64,000 nt of DNA. Source: Patescibacteria group bacterium. Lineage in GTDB: Bacteria > Patescibacteriota > Microgenomatia > UBA8517. Each line of letters starts with the position of its first letter. Position 1 is the stretch's first letter. The position numbers and the translations under genes are program-made. The notes under the pieces are model-generated. The model had not been told where the DNA came from, searched no databases, and saw nothing but the letters and a program-made list of their open reading frames with translations. Location: assembly GCA_026416845.1 (NCBI GenBank), contig JAOAEL010000001.1, forward strand, positions 318-64,317, written 5' to 3'. Of this stretch, positions 9,690 through 20,067 are shown piece after piece.

Positions 9690-11033
9690 TCATTTTACCA
9701 CTGAATTTAGATAGCTAATTAATCTGTTCATCACCATCTTAGGATCTCCCCTTCCTTTAAGTTTTTTCTGCGTCATTCCTATCAAAAACCCAACAACTGC
9801 GCCTTTGCCATTTCTGTAATCATTTACAGCCTTTTCCTGCTCTCTTATCACTTCTTCTATCGCTTCTTGTACCTCTTTAGCTGAAGCATACTCTTTTTTA
9901 GTTAATTCAACAATCTTTTTGACTAAACTCTCTGGGTCGTCATATTCAGAATCCAAATATTTATTCACCATTAAATCAGCTACTGTTTTGGGCCCAACAT
10001 TATGTTTACTACCTATAAAAACCGCCCTTTCAAAATACTCTGCTCTTGTTATATCCGAAGCAAGTATCGTAGCATAGTTCATTGGCAAGCCAAAAACTTC
10101 CACATATCTTTTCCTTTTGTCGCTTGGCATTTCAGGTAAACTGCTTTTTATTTTTTCTATCTCTTCATCTGTAAATCTCAAAGGCGGTATGTCCGGTTCC
10201 GGAAAGTATCTATAGTCTTTTGCGTCTTCCTTTGATCTTTGAGAGAAAGTTGTATTTTTTGTCTCATCATAACCTCTTGTTTCTTGAAGCACCGCTTCAC
10301 CTGCTTCCAACAATGTACTTTGCCTTTCTATTTCAGCTTTGACAGCTTTCTCCAAAAACCTAAACGAGTTAATATTTTTCAACTCAACTTTATAATTGGG
10401 TAACTCTCCCTTTGACAAATCAATAGATTCATCTGCCAAAGATAAATTGGCTTCAAGCCTCATGGATCCTTTTTCCATGTCAGCGCCAGATACCCCCAGA
10501 TATCTAACTATGGTTTGAGTCTCTTTCAAAAACTCAACCGCATCGGACACATCATGAAAATCAGGAGCAGTCACCATTTCTACTAAAGCAACTCCGCTTC
10601 TATTAAAATCAATTAAAGAAACTCTCTTGCCATTAACAATTTGATGAATCAACTTTCCTGTATCTTCCTCCAAATGAATTCTTGAAATTCCCACTTTTTT
10701 GCCTGAAGACAAAACATACTGCCCGTTAACACAAAGTGGAAGATCATACTGACTAATTTGATAGCCCTTGGGTAAATCTGGATAGAAATAGTGTTTTCTA
10801 TCAAATTTAGAAAACCGGTTTATGTTGCAGTTAAAAGCAAGTCCAAGCTTGATAGTATCTTCAATGGCGAGTTTGTTGGGAAAAGGCAAAGCTCCAGGCA
10901 ATCCTAAACAAATCGGGCATGTTTGAGTATTTGGCTTTTTGGCAAAATGATCAGCTAAACAACCACAAAACATTTTGCTTTTTGTGGAAAGCTCGATATG
11001 AACTTCAAGGCCAATAACTGGTGTGTATCTCAT
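9690..11033 (-). CDS. gatB: Asp/Glu-tRNA(Asn/Gln) amidotransferase subunit B
   Basis: MRYTPVIGLEVHIEL...FCGC N-terminus and a C-terminal GatB/YqeY helical domain. Start overlaps the gatA stop. Confidence 0.9.
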   Translation of the reverse strand: MRYTPVIGLEVHIELSTKSKMFCGCLADHFAKKPNTQTCPICLGLPGALPFPNKLAIEDTIKLGLAFNCNINRFSKFDRKHYFYPDLPKGYQISQYDLPLCVNGQYVLSSGKKVGISRIHLEEDTGKLIHQIVNGKRVSLIDFNRSGVALVEMVTAPDFHDVSDAVEFLKETQTIVRYLGVSGADMEKGSMRLEANLSLADESIDLSKGELPNYKVELKNINSFRFLEKAVKAEIERQSTLLEAGEAVLQETRGYDETKNTTFSQRSKEDAKDYRYFPEPDIPPLRFTDEEIEKIKSSLPEMPSDKRKRYVEVFGLPMNYATILASDITRAEYFERAVFIGSKHNVGPKTVADLMVNKYLDSEYDDPESLVKKIVELTKKEYASAKEVQEAIEEVIREQEKAVNDYRNGKGAVVGFLIGMTQKKLKGRGDPKMVMNRLISYLNSVVK

Positions 11034-12457
11034 TAAAGTTTCGCAACGCTTGGTTTATAAGAAATCTCTTTATGGTATTTTTTGCCTAAATCAAACAGCA
11101 AACTTTCTGAAAAACGAGGTCCCATTAATTGAAATCCAAGAGGCAAACCATTCTTTGTAAATCCTGAAGGTATGGCAATTGAAGGAATACCTGATAAATT
11201 TGCTGTAGCCGCATAAATATCTGTAAGATACATTTGCAAAGGATCATTTGCTTTGGCGCCTATTTTAAACGGGGGAGTCGGCGCAACAGGAGCGATAACA
11301 GCGTCAACTTTTTCAAATACAACAGAAACTTCTTTTCTTATCAAAGTGCGAACTTTCATAGCTTTCAGATAATAGGCATCATAATATCCAGAAGACAAAA
11401 CATAAGTTCCAAGCATAATTCGCCTCTTCGCCTCATCTCCAAAGGCATCTCTTGAATTGCCATACCGTATTCCGTCATATCTGGCTAAATTTGAGGAAAC
11501 TTCTGCAGGTTGAATCACATAATAAACAGAAATCGCATACTTTGTACTTGGCAAGGATACATCCACAAAATCAACTCCAAGTTTTTTGTATATTTGAATT
11601 ACTGAATCTAAATTATTTCTGACTTCATCGTCCAATCCTTCTCCAAAAAATTCTTTAGGGATGCCAATCTTAAAACTGGAACTTTTGCTTTGATATTTCA
11701 CGCTTGCAATTGTTGCATCTTTGGCATCTGGTCCACTAAGCACTTTAAACATCATCTCAACATCTTCAACTGTCTTAGCCATAGGGCCAACAGTATCCAA
11801 AGAACTTGCCATAGCAATAACTCCATACCTTGATATAGCGCCATATGTCGGTTTTAGCCCAACAACACCGCAATAATTAGATGGCAATCTCACAGATCCA
11901 CAAGTATCCGTACCAGTTGATAAAAGACAAAAATCAGCTGCCAAAGCCGCTCCTGATCCACTAGATGATCCCCCCGGCACATATTCCAAATTCCAAGGAT
12001 TTTTTGTTGCTCCAAACTGCGAGTTTTCCCCACTGCTTCCATGTGCCCAAGCATCACAATTCAATTTGCCGATACAAATGGCTCCAGCATCATCCAATCT
12101 TTTTACTGCAGTAGCAGAATAACAAGGCACATAAGAATCCAAAACTTTAGATGCCGCTGTAGTTCTTATACCTTCCGTAATAAATACATCTTTATGAGCA
12201 ACTACACATCCTAAAAGCGGATAATCTTGAAAGGCTTTTTCGCCTAACTCAGATATTAATGCATCAGCTTTTTTTGCACCTTTATAAGCATTTTCTTCAC
12301 AAACAGTAATAAATGAGTTAATTTCACCATCGTACCTTGCAATTTTTGCAAGATAAGCGTTAATCAAATCAACAACTTTATATTTCTTAGATAAAAGTCC
12401 ATATCGCGTTTCATTTATAGTAGAAGGAATATCCATGGTCATATCAAATCTTTTCAC
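11033..12457 (-). CDS. gatA: Glutamyl-tRNA(Gln) amidotransferase subunit A
   Basis: Amidase signature family (GGSSSGSGAA, Ser-cisSer-Lys region). Forms the gatC-gatA-gatB operon. Confidence 0.9.
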   Translation of the reverse strand: MKRFDMTMDIPSTINETRYGLLSKKYKVVDLINAYLAKIARYDGEINSFITVCEENAYKGAKKADALISELGEKAFQDYPLLGCVVAHKDVFITEGIRTTAASKVLDSYVPCYSATAVKRLDDAGAICIGKLNCDAWAHGSSGENSQFGATKNPWNLEYVPGGSSSGSGAALAADFCLLSTGTDTCGSVRLPSNYCGVVGLKPTYGAISRYGVIAMASSLDTVGPMAKTVEDVEMMFKVLSGPDAKDATIASVKYQSKSSSFKIGIPKEFFGEGLDDEVRNNLDSVIQIYKKLGVDFVDVSLPSTKYAISVYYVIQPAEVSSNLARYDGIRYGNSRDAFGDEAKRRIMLGTYVLSSGYYDAYYLKAMKVRTLIRKEVSVVFEKVDAVIAPVAPTPPFKIGAKANDPLQMYLTDIYAATANLSGIPSIAIPSGFTKNGLPLGFQLMGPRFSESLLFDLGKKYHKEISYKPSVAKL

Positions 12458-12749
12458 TTAAAATCATATCTACTACAAAAAAATTATTATAAATTTTGTC
12501 TGTGCCAGAGGTAACTTGGTTGGACTTTAACATCGAAATTGCGTCAACATTATCCTCGCGATATATATTCTCTAATCCTGTAGTTTGACTAGTAGGTTCA
12601 ACATTTGAAGTATCAACTTCGCAAAGAACATTTATATGTTCAATAACAGAATTGATTTGTGTAAAGAATCTACTTTCCTGTGATTTGGAAAGACTTAAAT
12701 TTGCAAGTTTTGCAATATGTCTTATATCTGAAATTTTAATAGATGCCAT
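12444..12749 (-). CDS. gatC: Glu-tRNA(Gln) amidotransferase subunit C
   Basis: 101 aa, N-terminal ISDIRHIAKLANLSLS typical of GatC. Overlaps the gatA start. Confidence 0.75.
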   Translation of the reverse strand: MASIKISDIRHIAKLANLSLSKSQESRFFTQINSVIEHINVLCEVDTSNVEPTSQTTGLENIYREDNVDAISMLKSNQVTSGTDKIYNNFFVVDMILSEKI

Positions 12750-12868
12750 CTTCCAACGGTATAATACATTTATTAGTTAGTTTAAACAAGCAATAAGTTT
12801 TAATAAACAAAATATTTCTTCTTGAAAAAGACTTAAATAAAAATATAGACTTAAAATACCACAACCTA

Positions 12869-13219
12869 ATGAAAAAAGCTGTTAAAATAGAAACAAAAAT
12901 CATCTTGTTTTATGTCCTATTTTTTACTTGGCTATATGTTATTACTTTTTTAACTAACAAAGATTTTTACTTGAACTTGTTTACCAGTCTGGTTACAGCA
13001 GTTTACTTCACAATTCTTAGACAAAGAGGAGATATTGAAGTATTTATTTTGTCTATGATCATTCCAGTGCTAATCACTATGTTTCCCATATCAAACATGC
13101 GCATATCATTTCAACCTGAATTAGTTTTGTATATCCCAGTTTGGCATTTGTTAGCTTGGGGGATAGTAATTGTTTCTTTAAAAAGATTTGCCGATTTTTT
13201 CGTGCCAAGATACCCTTAA
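12869..13219 (+). CDS. Hypothetical small membrane protein (3-4 predicted TM helices)
   Basis: Hydrophobic 116-aa ORF that converges on the clpB stop. Confidence 0.4.
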   Translation: MKKAVKIETKIILFYVLFFTWLYVITFLTNKDFYLNLFTSLVTAVYFTILRQRGDIEVFILSMIIPVLITMFPISNMRISFQPELVLYIPVWHLLAWGIVIVSLKRFADFFVPRYP

Positions 13220-15381
13220 TTCATAAATTCTACATCTAGACTTAAGCCTTTTGAAGATTTATCAACTTTTACCACATCCCCACGTTTGATTTTGCCCTCA
13301 ATTATGCCAAACGCAAGCTCGTCAACTAACTCGTCATTTATAATGCGCGTCAGTGGACGAGCGCCATAGATAGGATCATAACCCTTTTGAGATAAATATT
13401 TTCTGGCTTCAGGAGTAACATTTAATCTGATTTCCTGTTCTAACAATCTTTTTTCAAGTTCCTTGACTCTGAGATCAACTATTTTATCTATTGATTCTTG
13501 TGTCAATGGTTTATATGTAATAACTGCATCTACCCTATTTAAAAATTCCGGTTTAAAAGTCTTTGATAAAAGCTTGTTTAGTTCATCAGTTAATAATTTT
13601 TTGTCAGTTTGGTTTGCATAATTGCGAATAATATCACTACCTAAATTTGAAGTCATAATAATAATGGTATTTTTAAAATCAACAACCTTTCCTTTGCCAT
13701 CAGTTAATCTGCCATCATCAAAAACTTGAAGCATTAAGTTAAAAACATTTGGATGCGCTTTTTCAAATTCGTCCAAAAGAACAACTGAATAGGGCTTTCT
13801 ACGAACAGCTTCTGTAAGTTGTCCACCTTCCTCATATCCTACATATCCCGGCGGAGAACCAATCAATCTTGATATAGAGTGCTCAGATTGATACTCGGTC
13901 ATATCAATTCTAATAAGAGCATCGGAAGTCCCCATCATAAACTCTGCCAAAGTTTTTGCAGTTTCTGTCTTGCCTACACCTGTTGGACCCAAAAATAAAA
14001 AAGTACCTATTGGCCTTTTGCCACTGGAAAGTCCAGCTCTATTTCTTCTGATAGCTTTTGCGATAGCAGTAATTCCTTCCTCTTGGCCTATCACTTTTTT
14101 AGACAGTTCCTCTTCCAGTTTAGTCAACTTTTCTACTTCCGTGGTTAATAACCTTGTCACAGGTATGCCAGTCCACCGTGAAACAATCTTTGCAACATCT
14201 TCATCTGTAACTTCCTCGCGAAGAAGTCTGTCTTCCTCCGGAATGCTATTCCACTTTGCAGTCAAATCCTTAAGTCTGGTTTCCAAAGACGGAAGTCTGC
14301 CAAATTTAATCTCGGCCGCTTTTTCAAGATTAATCTCGCGTTCTGCCTTTTCAAGTTCATTTTTTAATTGATCAATCTCTTTATTTGTTTGCTGGATTGA
14401 AATCAATATTTTCTTTTGTTCTTCCCATTTTTTCTCAAGCAACTCAACCTCACTTCTAAGTTCCCTTATTTTCCTTTCTATCTCATCTCTTTTTTTTCCC
14501 TCTGCTTCTCCTTTTTCTTTTCTTAATCCGGTAAGTTCAATTTCCAATTGCGTAACCTTCCTTTTTTTAATATCCAGTTCGGCAGGCATGCTTTCAGTTT
14601 CAATCTTAAGAGCCGATGCGGCTTCATCTATCAAATCAATAGCTTTATCCGGCAAGAATCGATCACTGATATACCTGCTTGAGAGTTTGGCCGCGGCAAT
14701 CAGTGCGTCATCTGTAATCCTAATACCATGATGAATTTCATACTTCTCTTTTACACCTCGTAGTATAGCTATTGTGTCTTCAACACTTGGTTCTTCAACC
14801 AAAACTGGTTGAAACCTTCTTTCCAACGCCGCATCTTTCTCAATATGCTTTCTGTATTCATCAATAGTTGTAGCACCAATTACCCTCAATGTTCCTCTTG
14901 CCAAGGGTGGTTTTAGCATGTTTGAAGCATCCATAGTCCCTTCTGGAGATCCAGCACCTACAATTGTGTGAAGTTCATCTAAAAACAAAATATATTTTCC
15001 AGAAGATTCTTCGACTTCTTTAATAATATTTTTAAGACGTTCCTCAAACTGCCCTCTAAATTGAGTACCTGCTAAAATAGAAGCCATATCTAAAACTAAC
15101 AATTCTTTATCTTTTAAAGATTCTGGCACATCTTTATTTGCTATGCGAAGCGCTAAGCCTTCAACAATTGCTGTTTTACCTACACCTGGATCTCCAATTA
15201 AAACAGGATTGTTTTTAGTTCTCCGGGACAAAATCTGCATTGTGCGCCTTATCTCAGAATCTCTTCCTATTACAGGATCTACTTTTCCATCTTTTGCTTT
15301 ACTCGTGAGATTTACGGTGTATTTTGGCAAGAAAGGACCAGCTTCAAATAAAATCATTATACAATTTTCATTTATTAGCAC
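13216..15381 (-). CDS. clpB: ClpB-type AAA+ disaggregase encoded without the N-terminal Clp_N domain
   Basis: Two NBDs (GDPGVGKT Walker A, then GPTGVGKT) and a long coiled-coil middle domain, a ClpB rather than ClpA/C hallmark. The ORF starts at the linker ([22 protein letters not shown]) directly before NBD1. An ATG eight codons further in (MILFEAGPF, start at 15357) may be the real start. Confidence 0.85.
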   Translation of the reverse strand: MLINENCIMILFEAGPFLPKYTVNLTSKAKDGKVDPVIGRDSEIRRTMQILSRRTKNNPVLIGDPGVGKTAIVEGLALRIANKDVPESLKDKELLVLDMASILAGTQFRGQFEERLKNIIKEVEESSGKYILFLDELHTIVGAGSPEGTMDASNMLKPPLARGTLRVIGATTIDEYRKHIEKDAALERRFQPVLVEEPSVEDTIAILRGVKEKYEIHHGIRITDDALIAAAKLSSRYISDRFLPDKAIDLIDEAASALKIETESMPAELDIKKRKVTQLEIELTGLRKEKGEAEGKKRDEIERKIRELRSEVELLEKKWEEQKKILISIQQTNKEIDQLKNELEKAEREINLEKAAEIKFGRLPSLETRLKDLTAKWNSIPEEDRLLREEVTDEDVAKIVSRWTGIPVTRLLTTEVEKLTKLEEELSKKVIGQEEGITAIAKAIRRNRAGLSSGKRPIGTFLFLGPTGVGKTETAKTLAEFMMGTSDALIRIDMTEYQSEHSISRLIGSPPGYVGYEEGGQLTEAVRRKPYSVVLLDEFEKAHPNVFNLMLQVFDDGRLTDGKGKVVDFKNTIIIMTSNLGSDIIRNYANQTDKKLLTDELNKLLSKTFKPEFLNRVDAVITYKPLTQESIDKIVDLRVKELEKRLLEQEIRLNVTPEARKYLSQKGYDPIYGARPLTRIINDELVDELAFGIIEGKIKRGDVVKVDKSSKGLSLDVEFMN

Positions 15382-15384
15382 CTG

Positions 15385-15402
15385 ATTGTCAAGATTGACA
15401 AT
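15385..15402. promoter_or_regulatory. Perfect 8-bp inverted repeat ATTGTCAA-ga-TTGACAAT between htpX and clpB; candidate operator of a stress regulon
   Basis: Seen directly in the sequence. It sits in the 78-nt htpX-clpB spacer next to a TTAGCAC (half-CIRCE-like) motif. Its orientation relative to the T-runs does not fit a terminator. Confidence 0.3.
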
Positions 15403-15459
15403 TTTTGTAATTTACAAATTTACAAAAACTAAAAACAAATGCAACAACAAAATCAAAAA

Positions 15460-16380
15460 TTACATCATTTGTTTGAGAGCAGCAATTCTTCGTTCGATCG
15501 GCGGATGAGTGTTAAACAAAGAGGAAAACCAAGCAACACCACCCCTTGCCTTGTCTTTAAACGGATTTGCGATATACAAATGAGCTGTGGCTTTATTAGC
15601 CGCTTCAAGAGGTTCATGATCAGAAGATATTTTCTGCAAAGCAGAAATAAGTCCTGCGGGCTGCCTGGTAATCTCTACCGATCCAGCATCAGCCATAAAT
15701 TCACGACGACGAGAAATTGCTAATTGTATAATTTGAGCAATAATAGGAGCGAAAATCGCAAAGATTAATCCAATAAATAAAAAAATCGCGCCACTTCCCT
15801 TAGAATTATGATCTCTGCGAATAAAACTTTCTCTTAACAAAAAATCTGCAATCAAAGCCACAGAACCAACAAGCACTGAAACAATAGACATGAGTCTTAT
15901 ATCATAATTTTTTATGTGCGCAAGCTCATGAGCAACAACTCCTTCCAATTCCGTTCTGTTAAGTTTTTTCAAAAGCCCGGTTGTGACACAAATTACTGCA
16001 TGTTTAGGATCCCTGCCTGTAGCAAAGGCATTCATCGCGGAATCTTCTATCACATAAAGCTTTGGCATCGGCAATCCTGCGCCAATAGATAAATTTTCGG
16101 CAACCGTGTAAAAATTAAAATCCCTTACACGATCCGCAGGACGAGCTCCTGAAATGCCTAAAATAATTCTATCGCTAAAATAATAACCACTTAGACCCAT
16201 TAAACCAGAAATTATAAGAGCAAAACCAACAATTCCAAGTCCGCCAGGCTGGTAACCAAGATACAACGCGTATGCATTGGCCATAAAATACAAAGAGACT
16301 GCCACAAAAACTACAAACGCCAAAACAACAAAAAAGCTTTTGCGTTTATTGCTAGACGCAACTTCGTAAATATTTTTCAT
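15460..16380 (-). CDS. htpX: Zinc metalloprotease HtpX (M48 family)
   Basis: N-terminal TM helices, HELAHIKNYD (HEXXH) motif, M48 layout. Confidence 0.85.
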   Translation of the reverse strand: MKNIYEVASSNKRKSFFVVLAFVVFVAVSLYFMANAYALYLGYQPGGLGIVGFALIISGLMGLSGYYFSDRIILGISGARPADRVRDFNFYTVAENLSIGAGLPMPKLYVIEDSAMNAFATGRDPKHAVICVTTGLLKKLNRTELEGVVAHELAHIKNYDIRLMSIVSVLVGSVALIADFLLRESFIRRDHNSKGSGAIFLFIGLIFAIFAPIIAQIIQLAISRRREFMADAGSVEITRQPAGLISALQKISSDHEPLEAANKATAHLYIANPFKDKARGGVAWFSSLFNTHPPIERRIAALKQMM

Positions 16381-16397
16381 ACAAGTTATAAAAAGGC

Positions 16398-16934
16398 TCA
16401 GAGATCAACTTTGGGTGTCTTCATCTCTTCAGATGAGACCTCTAAATGACTTCCCTTTTCTGATGTCACTATCCCATGAGCTTCAGTGAAATTAAAAGCA
16501 TTGGCAACCAAATTGGAAGGAAAAGTAACTCTTTTGACATTGTAATCTGCAGTCAAATCAATAACCAAACGTCTTGCATACATTACTTTGTCAGACGTAT
16601 CACGCAACTCATCCATTAATTTAGTAACCACCTCGTTGCCTTTTATCTCAGGATTGTCCTCAACTGCCACTTTTATTTGTGGCAAAATTGAAGCCAATTT
16701 ACTACCGGCATCTGCCATTGCCTGAATATCTCCAGATTCTACAGCAGACATTATTGATTTTCTTGCGTCAGTTAGATCCTTGAAAATAGATTTTTCATGC
16801 TTAAGAAACCCTTTTGCCGAAGATTCAAGATTTGGTATTAATTCCGCTTGTCGTTTAAGTTGATTGCCAATTTCTTGCACCGCAGCTTTTATCCTTGCTT
16901 TAGTAGCAACAAAAAAGTTGTACTCCGCAATCAC
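16398..16934 (-). CDS. lemA: LemA family protein; true start probably upstream, near 16985
   Basis: LemA core conserved. The listed GTG start lies inside an in-frame hydrophobic segment (NTINIVLIAIIIIGILVVW) that would form the expected N-terminal TM anchor. That segment has no ATG/GTG/TTG, but an in-frame ATT sits 9 nt after a strong AAGGGGG Shine-Dalgarno. Confidence 0.75.
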   Translation of the reverse strand: MIAEYNFFVATKARIKAAVQEIGNQLKRQAELIPNLESSAKGFLKHEKSIFKDLTDARKSIMSAVESGDIQAMADAGSKLASILPQIKVAVEDNPEIKGNEVVTKLMDELRDTSDKVMYARRLVIDLTADYNVKRVTFPSNLVANAFNFTEAHGIVTSEKGSHLEVSSEEMKTPKVDL

Positions 16935-17030
16935 CCAGACTACTAAAATGCCAATAATTATTATTGCAATTAAAACTATGTTAATGGTATTTCACCCCCT
17001 TATTTAAATTAAACTGTCAACTAACTAAAA

Positions 17031-18827
17031 TTATAGCATCTCTTCAAAATCCTTTAAGCTTTTGGTATTTGCCACATCGTTTTTTGTAAGCCAGCCTCTT
17101 CTTGCCACAGAAACAGCCCATTGCATGTTTTCCATTCCTTGCTTGTGATGCGCATCTGTGCCAAACGTGAATTTAACACCTTTTTTAACACCTTCACGAA
17201 CGAGAAAATCAGGCAAATCAAGCCTCATAGGATCACCATTTATTTCAATCCATTTATTATTTTCCACACAAAAACTAAAAACCTTATCCCAATCTATTTC
17301 AACTCCTTCTCTGCTGTTAAGCTTTCTGGCGGTTGGATGAGCAAATATCTTTACCTTTGGGTGAGACAAAGCTGAAAGAACACGACCAGTCATCGCTTCT
17401 TTTGTCATTTCAAAACTTGAGTGAATTGAAACCAAAGCAAAATCTAAGGTTTCAAAAGCAGACTCAGGAACAGGCAAACTGCCATCTTGCAATATGTCAA
17501 TCTCCAAACTATTGAACACCCTTTTAACACTAACTTTTTCTTTATTGACCATTTCATTTAACTCTTTAACTTTTTTCTGTTTCTTCCGCAGTATTTTTAC
17601 TATCTCATCATTGCTATGTCCCTTCTTGCTGGGATTATGCTCAGTCATCGCTATGTATTCGTAACCTAACCTATTTGCCATATCTACCAATTCTTCCATA
17701 GAGCTTGCGCCTAAATCGTGACTTGTTTCCACATCAAAATCAGAGTGCAATTGAAGATCGCTTTTCACATCAGAAAGCAAAATCAAATCGGGCAATTTAT
17801 GGTTTTTGGCGGCTTCTATCTCTCCTGTATTTTCCCTAAGCTCAGGAGGTATCCAATCAAGACCTAAAAAATTGTAAAATTCTTCCTCTGTTTTAAACTT
17901 TTTCAATGTCTCCATTCCTTTGTCTGAATCATTTGTTTTTGCACGAATACCATACTCTGATAAACTAAAACCTAATTTCAATGCATATTCTCTTAAAGCA
18001 ATATTGTGATGCTTAGAACCAGTAAAATGTTGCAAAAGAGAGCCAAAAGACTCAGGATCTTGAACCATGCAATCAACTTGCATACCTCCCGGCAAAAGAA
18101 TTGAAGCTTTGTGAACACCTTTTTCAATAATTCTCACTTTCTTAGGATAACTTACAAAATGATCAAGAACGCTACCCGGGTTTTTCGTTGCGACAGCTAT
18201 GTCTACATCTCCAATAGTTGAAACTCTGCGCCTCAAACTTCCAAGCGGCTCAACCCTGACAACATGTTTATTTTGCAAAATCCACTCAGAAACTTTTTCG
18301 GCAATCAGATACGCATAAGGCAGAAGATGTCTCTTAACTGCTTTTCTTACCATATTAATTGATCGCAATATTGCAAACTGTGAATCCTCGCCAAAACCAG
18401 TTAGTTTTGCTATCTCTCCTTTCTTAGCTAATTTCTCCAAATCGCCAATCGGATCTTTATCTCCAATTGGCAACTCTTTAACTAATTTATAAGCAGTCTT
18501 TACACCAACCCCCGGTATTTTCATAAGCTCAAATATCGACATTGGCAATCCTTGAAAAATGTCAGCAAAGTGAGATGAACTGCCCACTGAAAAAATTTCA
18601 TCCAAATGCTTTGCCAGTGAAGGCCCAACGCCAGCAATTTCCACAAGCTTGCCTTCATCCCAGATGTCTTTGATTTCACTTGACAAATGCTCTATGCTAT
18701 CGGCAGCACGTTGATAAGCAACTATCCTGAACTTATTTCTTGTCTCATTCTTTAACTGATATGCGGCGGCTATATCTCGCAATAACTCAGCAACTTCCAG
18801 ATTTGTCATATTTTTATGCATCTTCAT
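17031..18827 (-). CDS. polX: Family X DNA polymerase (Pol-beta-like) with C-terminal PHP phosphoesterase domain
   Basis: N-terminal HhH/8-kDa-like region, nucleotidyltransferase motif GSLRRRVSTIGDVDIAV, and a C-terminal PHP domain (HSDFDV...TEHN). Confidence 0.85.
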   Translation of the reverse strand: MKMHKNMTNLEVAELLRDIAAAYQLKNETRNKFRIVAYQRAADSIEHLSSEIKDIWDEGKLVEIAGVGPSLAKHLDEIFSVGSSSHFADIFQGLPMSIFELMKIPGVGVKTAYKLVKELPIGDKDPIGDLEKLAKKGEIAKLTGFGEDSQFAILRSINMVRKAVKRHLLPYAYLIAEKVSEWILQNKHVVRVEPLGSLRRRVSTIGDVDIAVATKNPGSVLDHFVSYPKKVRIIEKGVHKASILLPGGMQVDCMVQDPESFGSLLQHFTGSKHHNIALREYALKLGFSLSEYGIRAKTNDSDKGMETLKKFKTEEEFYNFLGLDWIPPELRENTGEIEAAKNHKLPDLILLSDVKSDLQLHSDFDVETSHDLGASSMEELVDMANRLGYEYIAMTEHNPSKKGHSNDEIVKILRKKQKKVKELNEMVNKEKVSVKRVFNSLEIDILQDGSLPVPESAFETLDFALVSIHSSFEMTKEAMTGRVLSALSHPKVKIFAHPTARKLNSREGVEIDWDKVFSFCVENNKWIEINGDPMRLDLPDFLVREGVKKGVKFTFGTDAHHKQGMENMQWAVSVARRGWLTKNDVANTKSLKDFEEML

Positions 18828-18838
18828 AAAATCACAGA

Positions 18839-19546
18839 TTAAAGAGGATAAAGCTCTCCCGAATATCTAAGGAATTTTCCATTGAATTCATCATTCCAAT
18901 TTTTAGTTATATTGATTATCTTTTCTGCTTGAATAAGTGGATCGTCTACACCATCCGGATTCATGTGTGTTTTCATGTCGCCAGGGTGTACCGCAAAAGT
19001 TTTCACATTTTTTGGCAAATCCCAAACACTACAAAATGTATACATATTAAGCGCGATTTTACTTGCACGATAACCGTAATTGGCATTTTCATTTGGCAAT
19101 TCATCGTGAAAACTAGCTCTGTTGCTTGAAATATTTATCACAAAACAAGGATCCGTAACTAAAAAAGGCAAAAAACACTTTGTCACCATAAGAGGAGAGA
19201 CTGAATTCGTGTTAAACATTTTAAGAAGCATACCTCTATCTAATTGATCCAACTTACAAACAAGGTTCTTGTTGCCAAAAGTTGCGGTATCTTTGTTTAT
19301 TCCAGCATTATTTATTAACAAATCAATCGCATTTGTTTTTTCACGCACTTTTTCACAAGCTTGAGAAATTGAAGAGTCAGATGTCACATCTATTACAACA
19401 GGGCAAACATTTTCATGCGCTAAATCAAACCTTTGTATATCTCTTACTCCCGCAAAAACAAAATAACCATTAACTGAAAGATATTCGCAAAAAGCTTTCC
19501 CTAGACCTTGAGACGCTCCAGTTACAAAAGCATAATTAAAACTCAT
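18839..19546 (-). CDS. Short-chain dehydrogenase/reductase (SDR)
   Basis: VTGASQGLGKAF Rossmann motif, NNAG motif and a Y-x3-K catalytic region. Confidence 0.75.
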   Translation of the reverse strand: MSFNYAFVTGASQGLGKAFCEYLSVNGYFVFAGVRDIQRFDLAHENVCPVVIDVTSDSSISQACEKVREKTNAIDLLINNAGINKDTATFGNKNLVCKLDQLDRGMLLKMFNTNSVSPLMVTKCFLPFLVTDPCFVINISSNRASFHDELPNENANYGYRASKIALNMYTFCSVWDLPKNVKTFAVHPGDMKTHMNPDGVDDPLIQAEKIINITKNWNDEFNGKFLRYSGELYPL

Positions 19547-19853
19547 AATTAATCGGTATTAAAAATGAATTAAACAAATAAAACAATAAAACTATATTAT
19601 ATTTATTTAAGTATAATCGTTAGTCACGTATTAACAATTATAAATACAAACTCATTGCTGTAGTAAGCATTTTATTTTATAATTCAAAGTAGTTAGTGTT
19701 ATTTGATTTTAGTTAGATTTCTTGTTGTTTTAAGACTAGCCAAATAATAAATAATAAAACAATTAATCAGGCGCAATTTAGATTTTGTCGTAGGTTTGTC
19801 AACCTTTCACCATACTAAACTAACTAACACTAAAAAAATAACACAAACGAAGT

Positions 19854-19927
19854 GGGATCGTAGCTCAATTGGTTAGAGTGCCGCCCTGTCACGGCGGAGG
19901 TTGCGGGTTCGAGTCCCGTCGGTCCCG
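19854..19927 (+). tRNA. tRNA-Asp (anticodon GTC)
   Basis: Cloverleaf folded by hand. The 7-bp acceptor stem GGGATCG/CGGTCCC has one G-U pair. Anticodon loop is CTGTCAC and the T-loop is TTCGAGT. CCA is not encoded. Confidence 0.85.
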
Positions 19928-20067
19928 CAAAATTAGCTTAAAGTGTGAGTTGATCAAACGAGCAAAAACCTCAATTTCAACTAAAGTTAACCGTTGACAT
20001 ATTAAAAAAGTTACGTAGAATGTAGCTAAAAGTCTGCTCCAGTGGTTTTCTTCTGCCTCATCTCAGT

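Noticed and set aside
15143-15385. 80-aa plus-strand ORF overlapping the clpB 5' end
   Set aside because: It is antisense to a strongly supported gene and has no independent signals.
19547-19853. Partial inverted repeats (TAGTGTTATTTGATTTTAGTTAG vs CTAACTAACACTAAAAAAATAACAC) upstream of tRNA-Asp, considered as a mobile-element end
   Set aside because: The match is imperfect and the region is uniformly AT-rich, so chance similarity is likely. No integrase or transposase is nearby.
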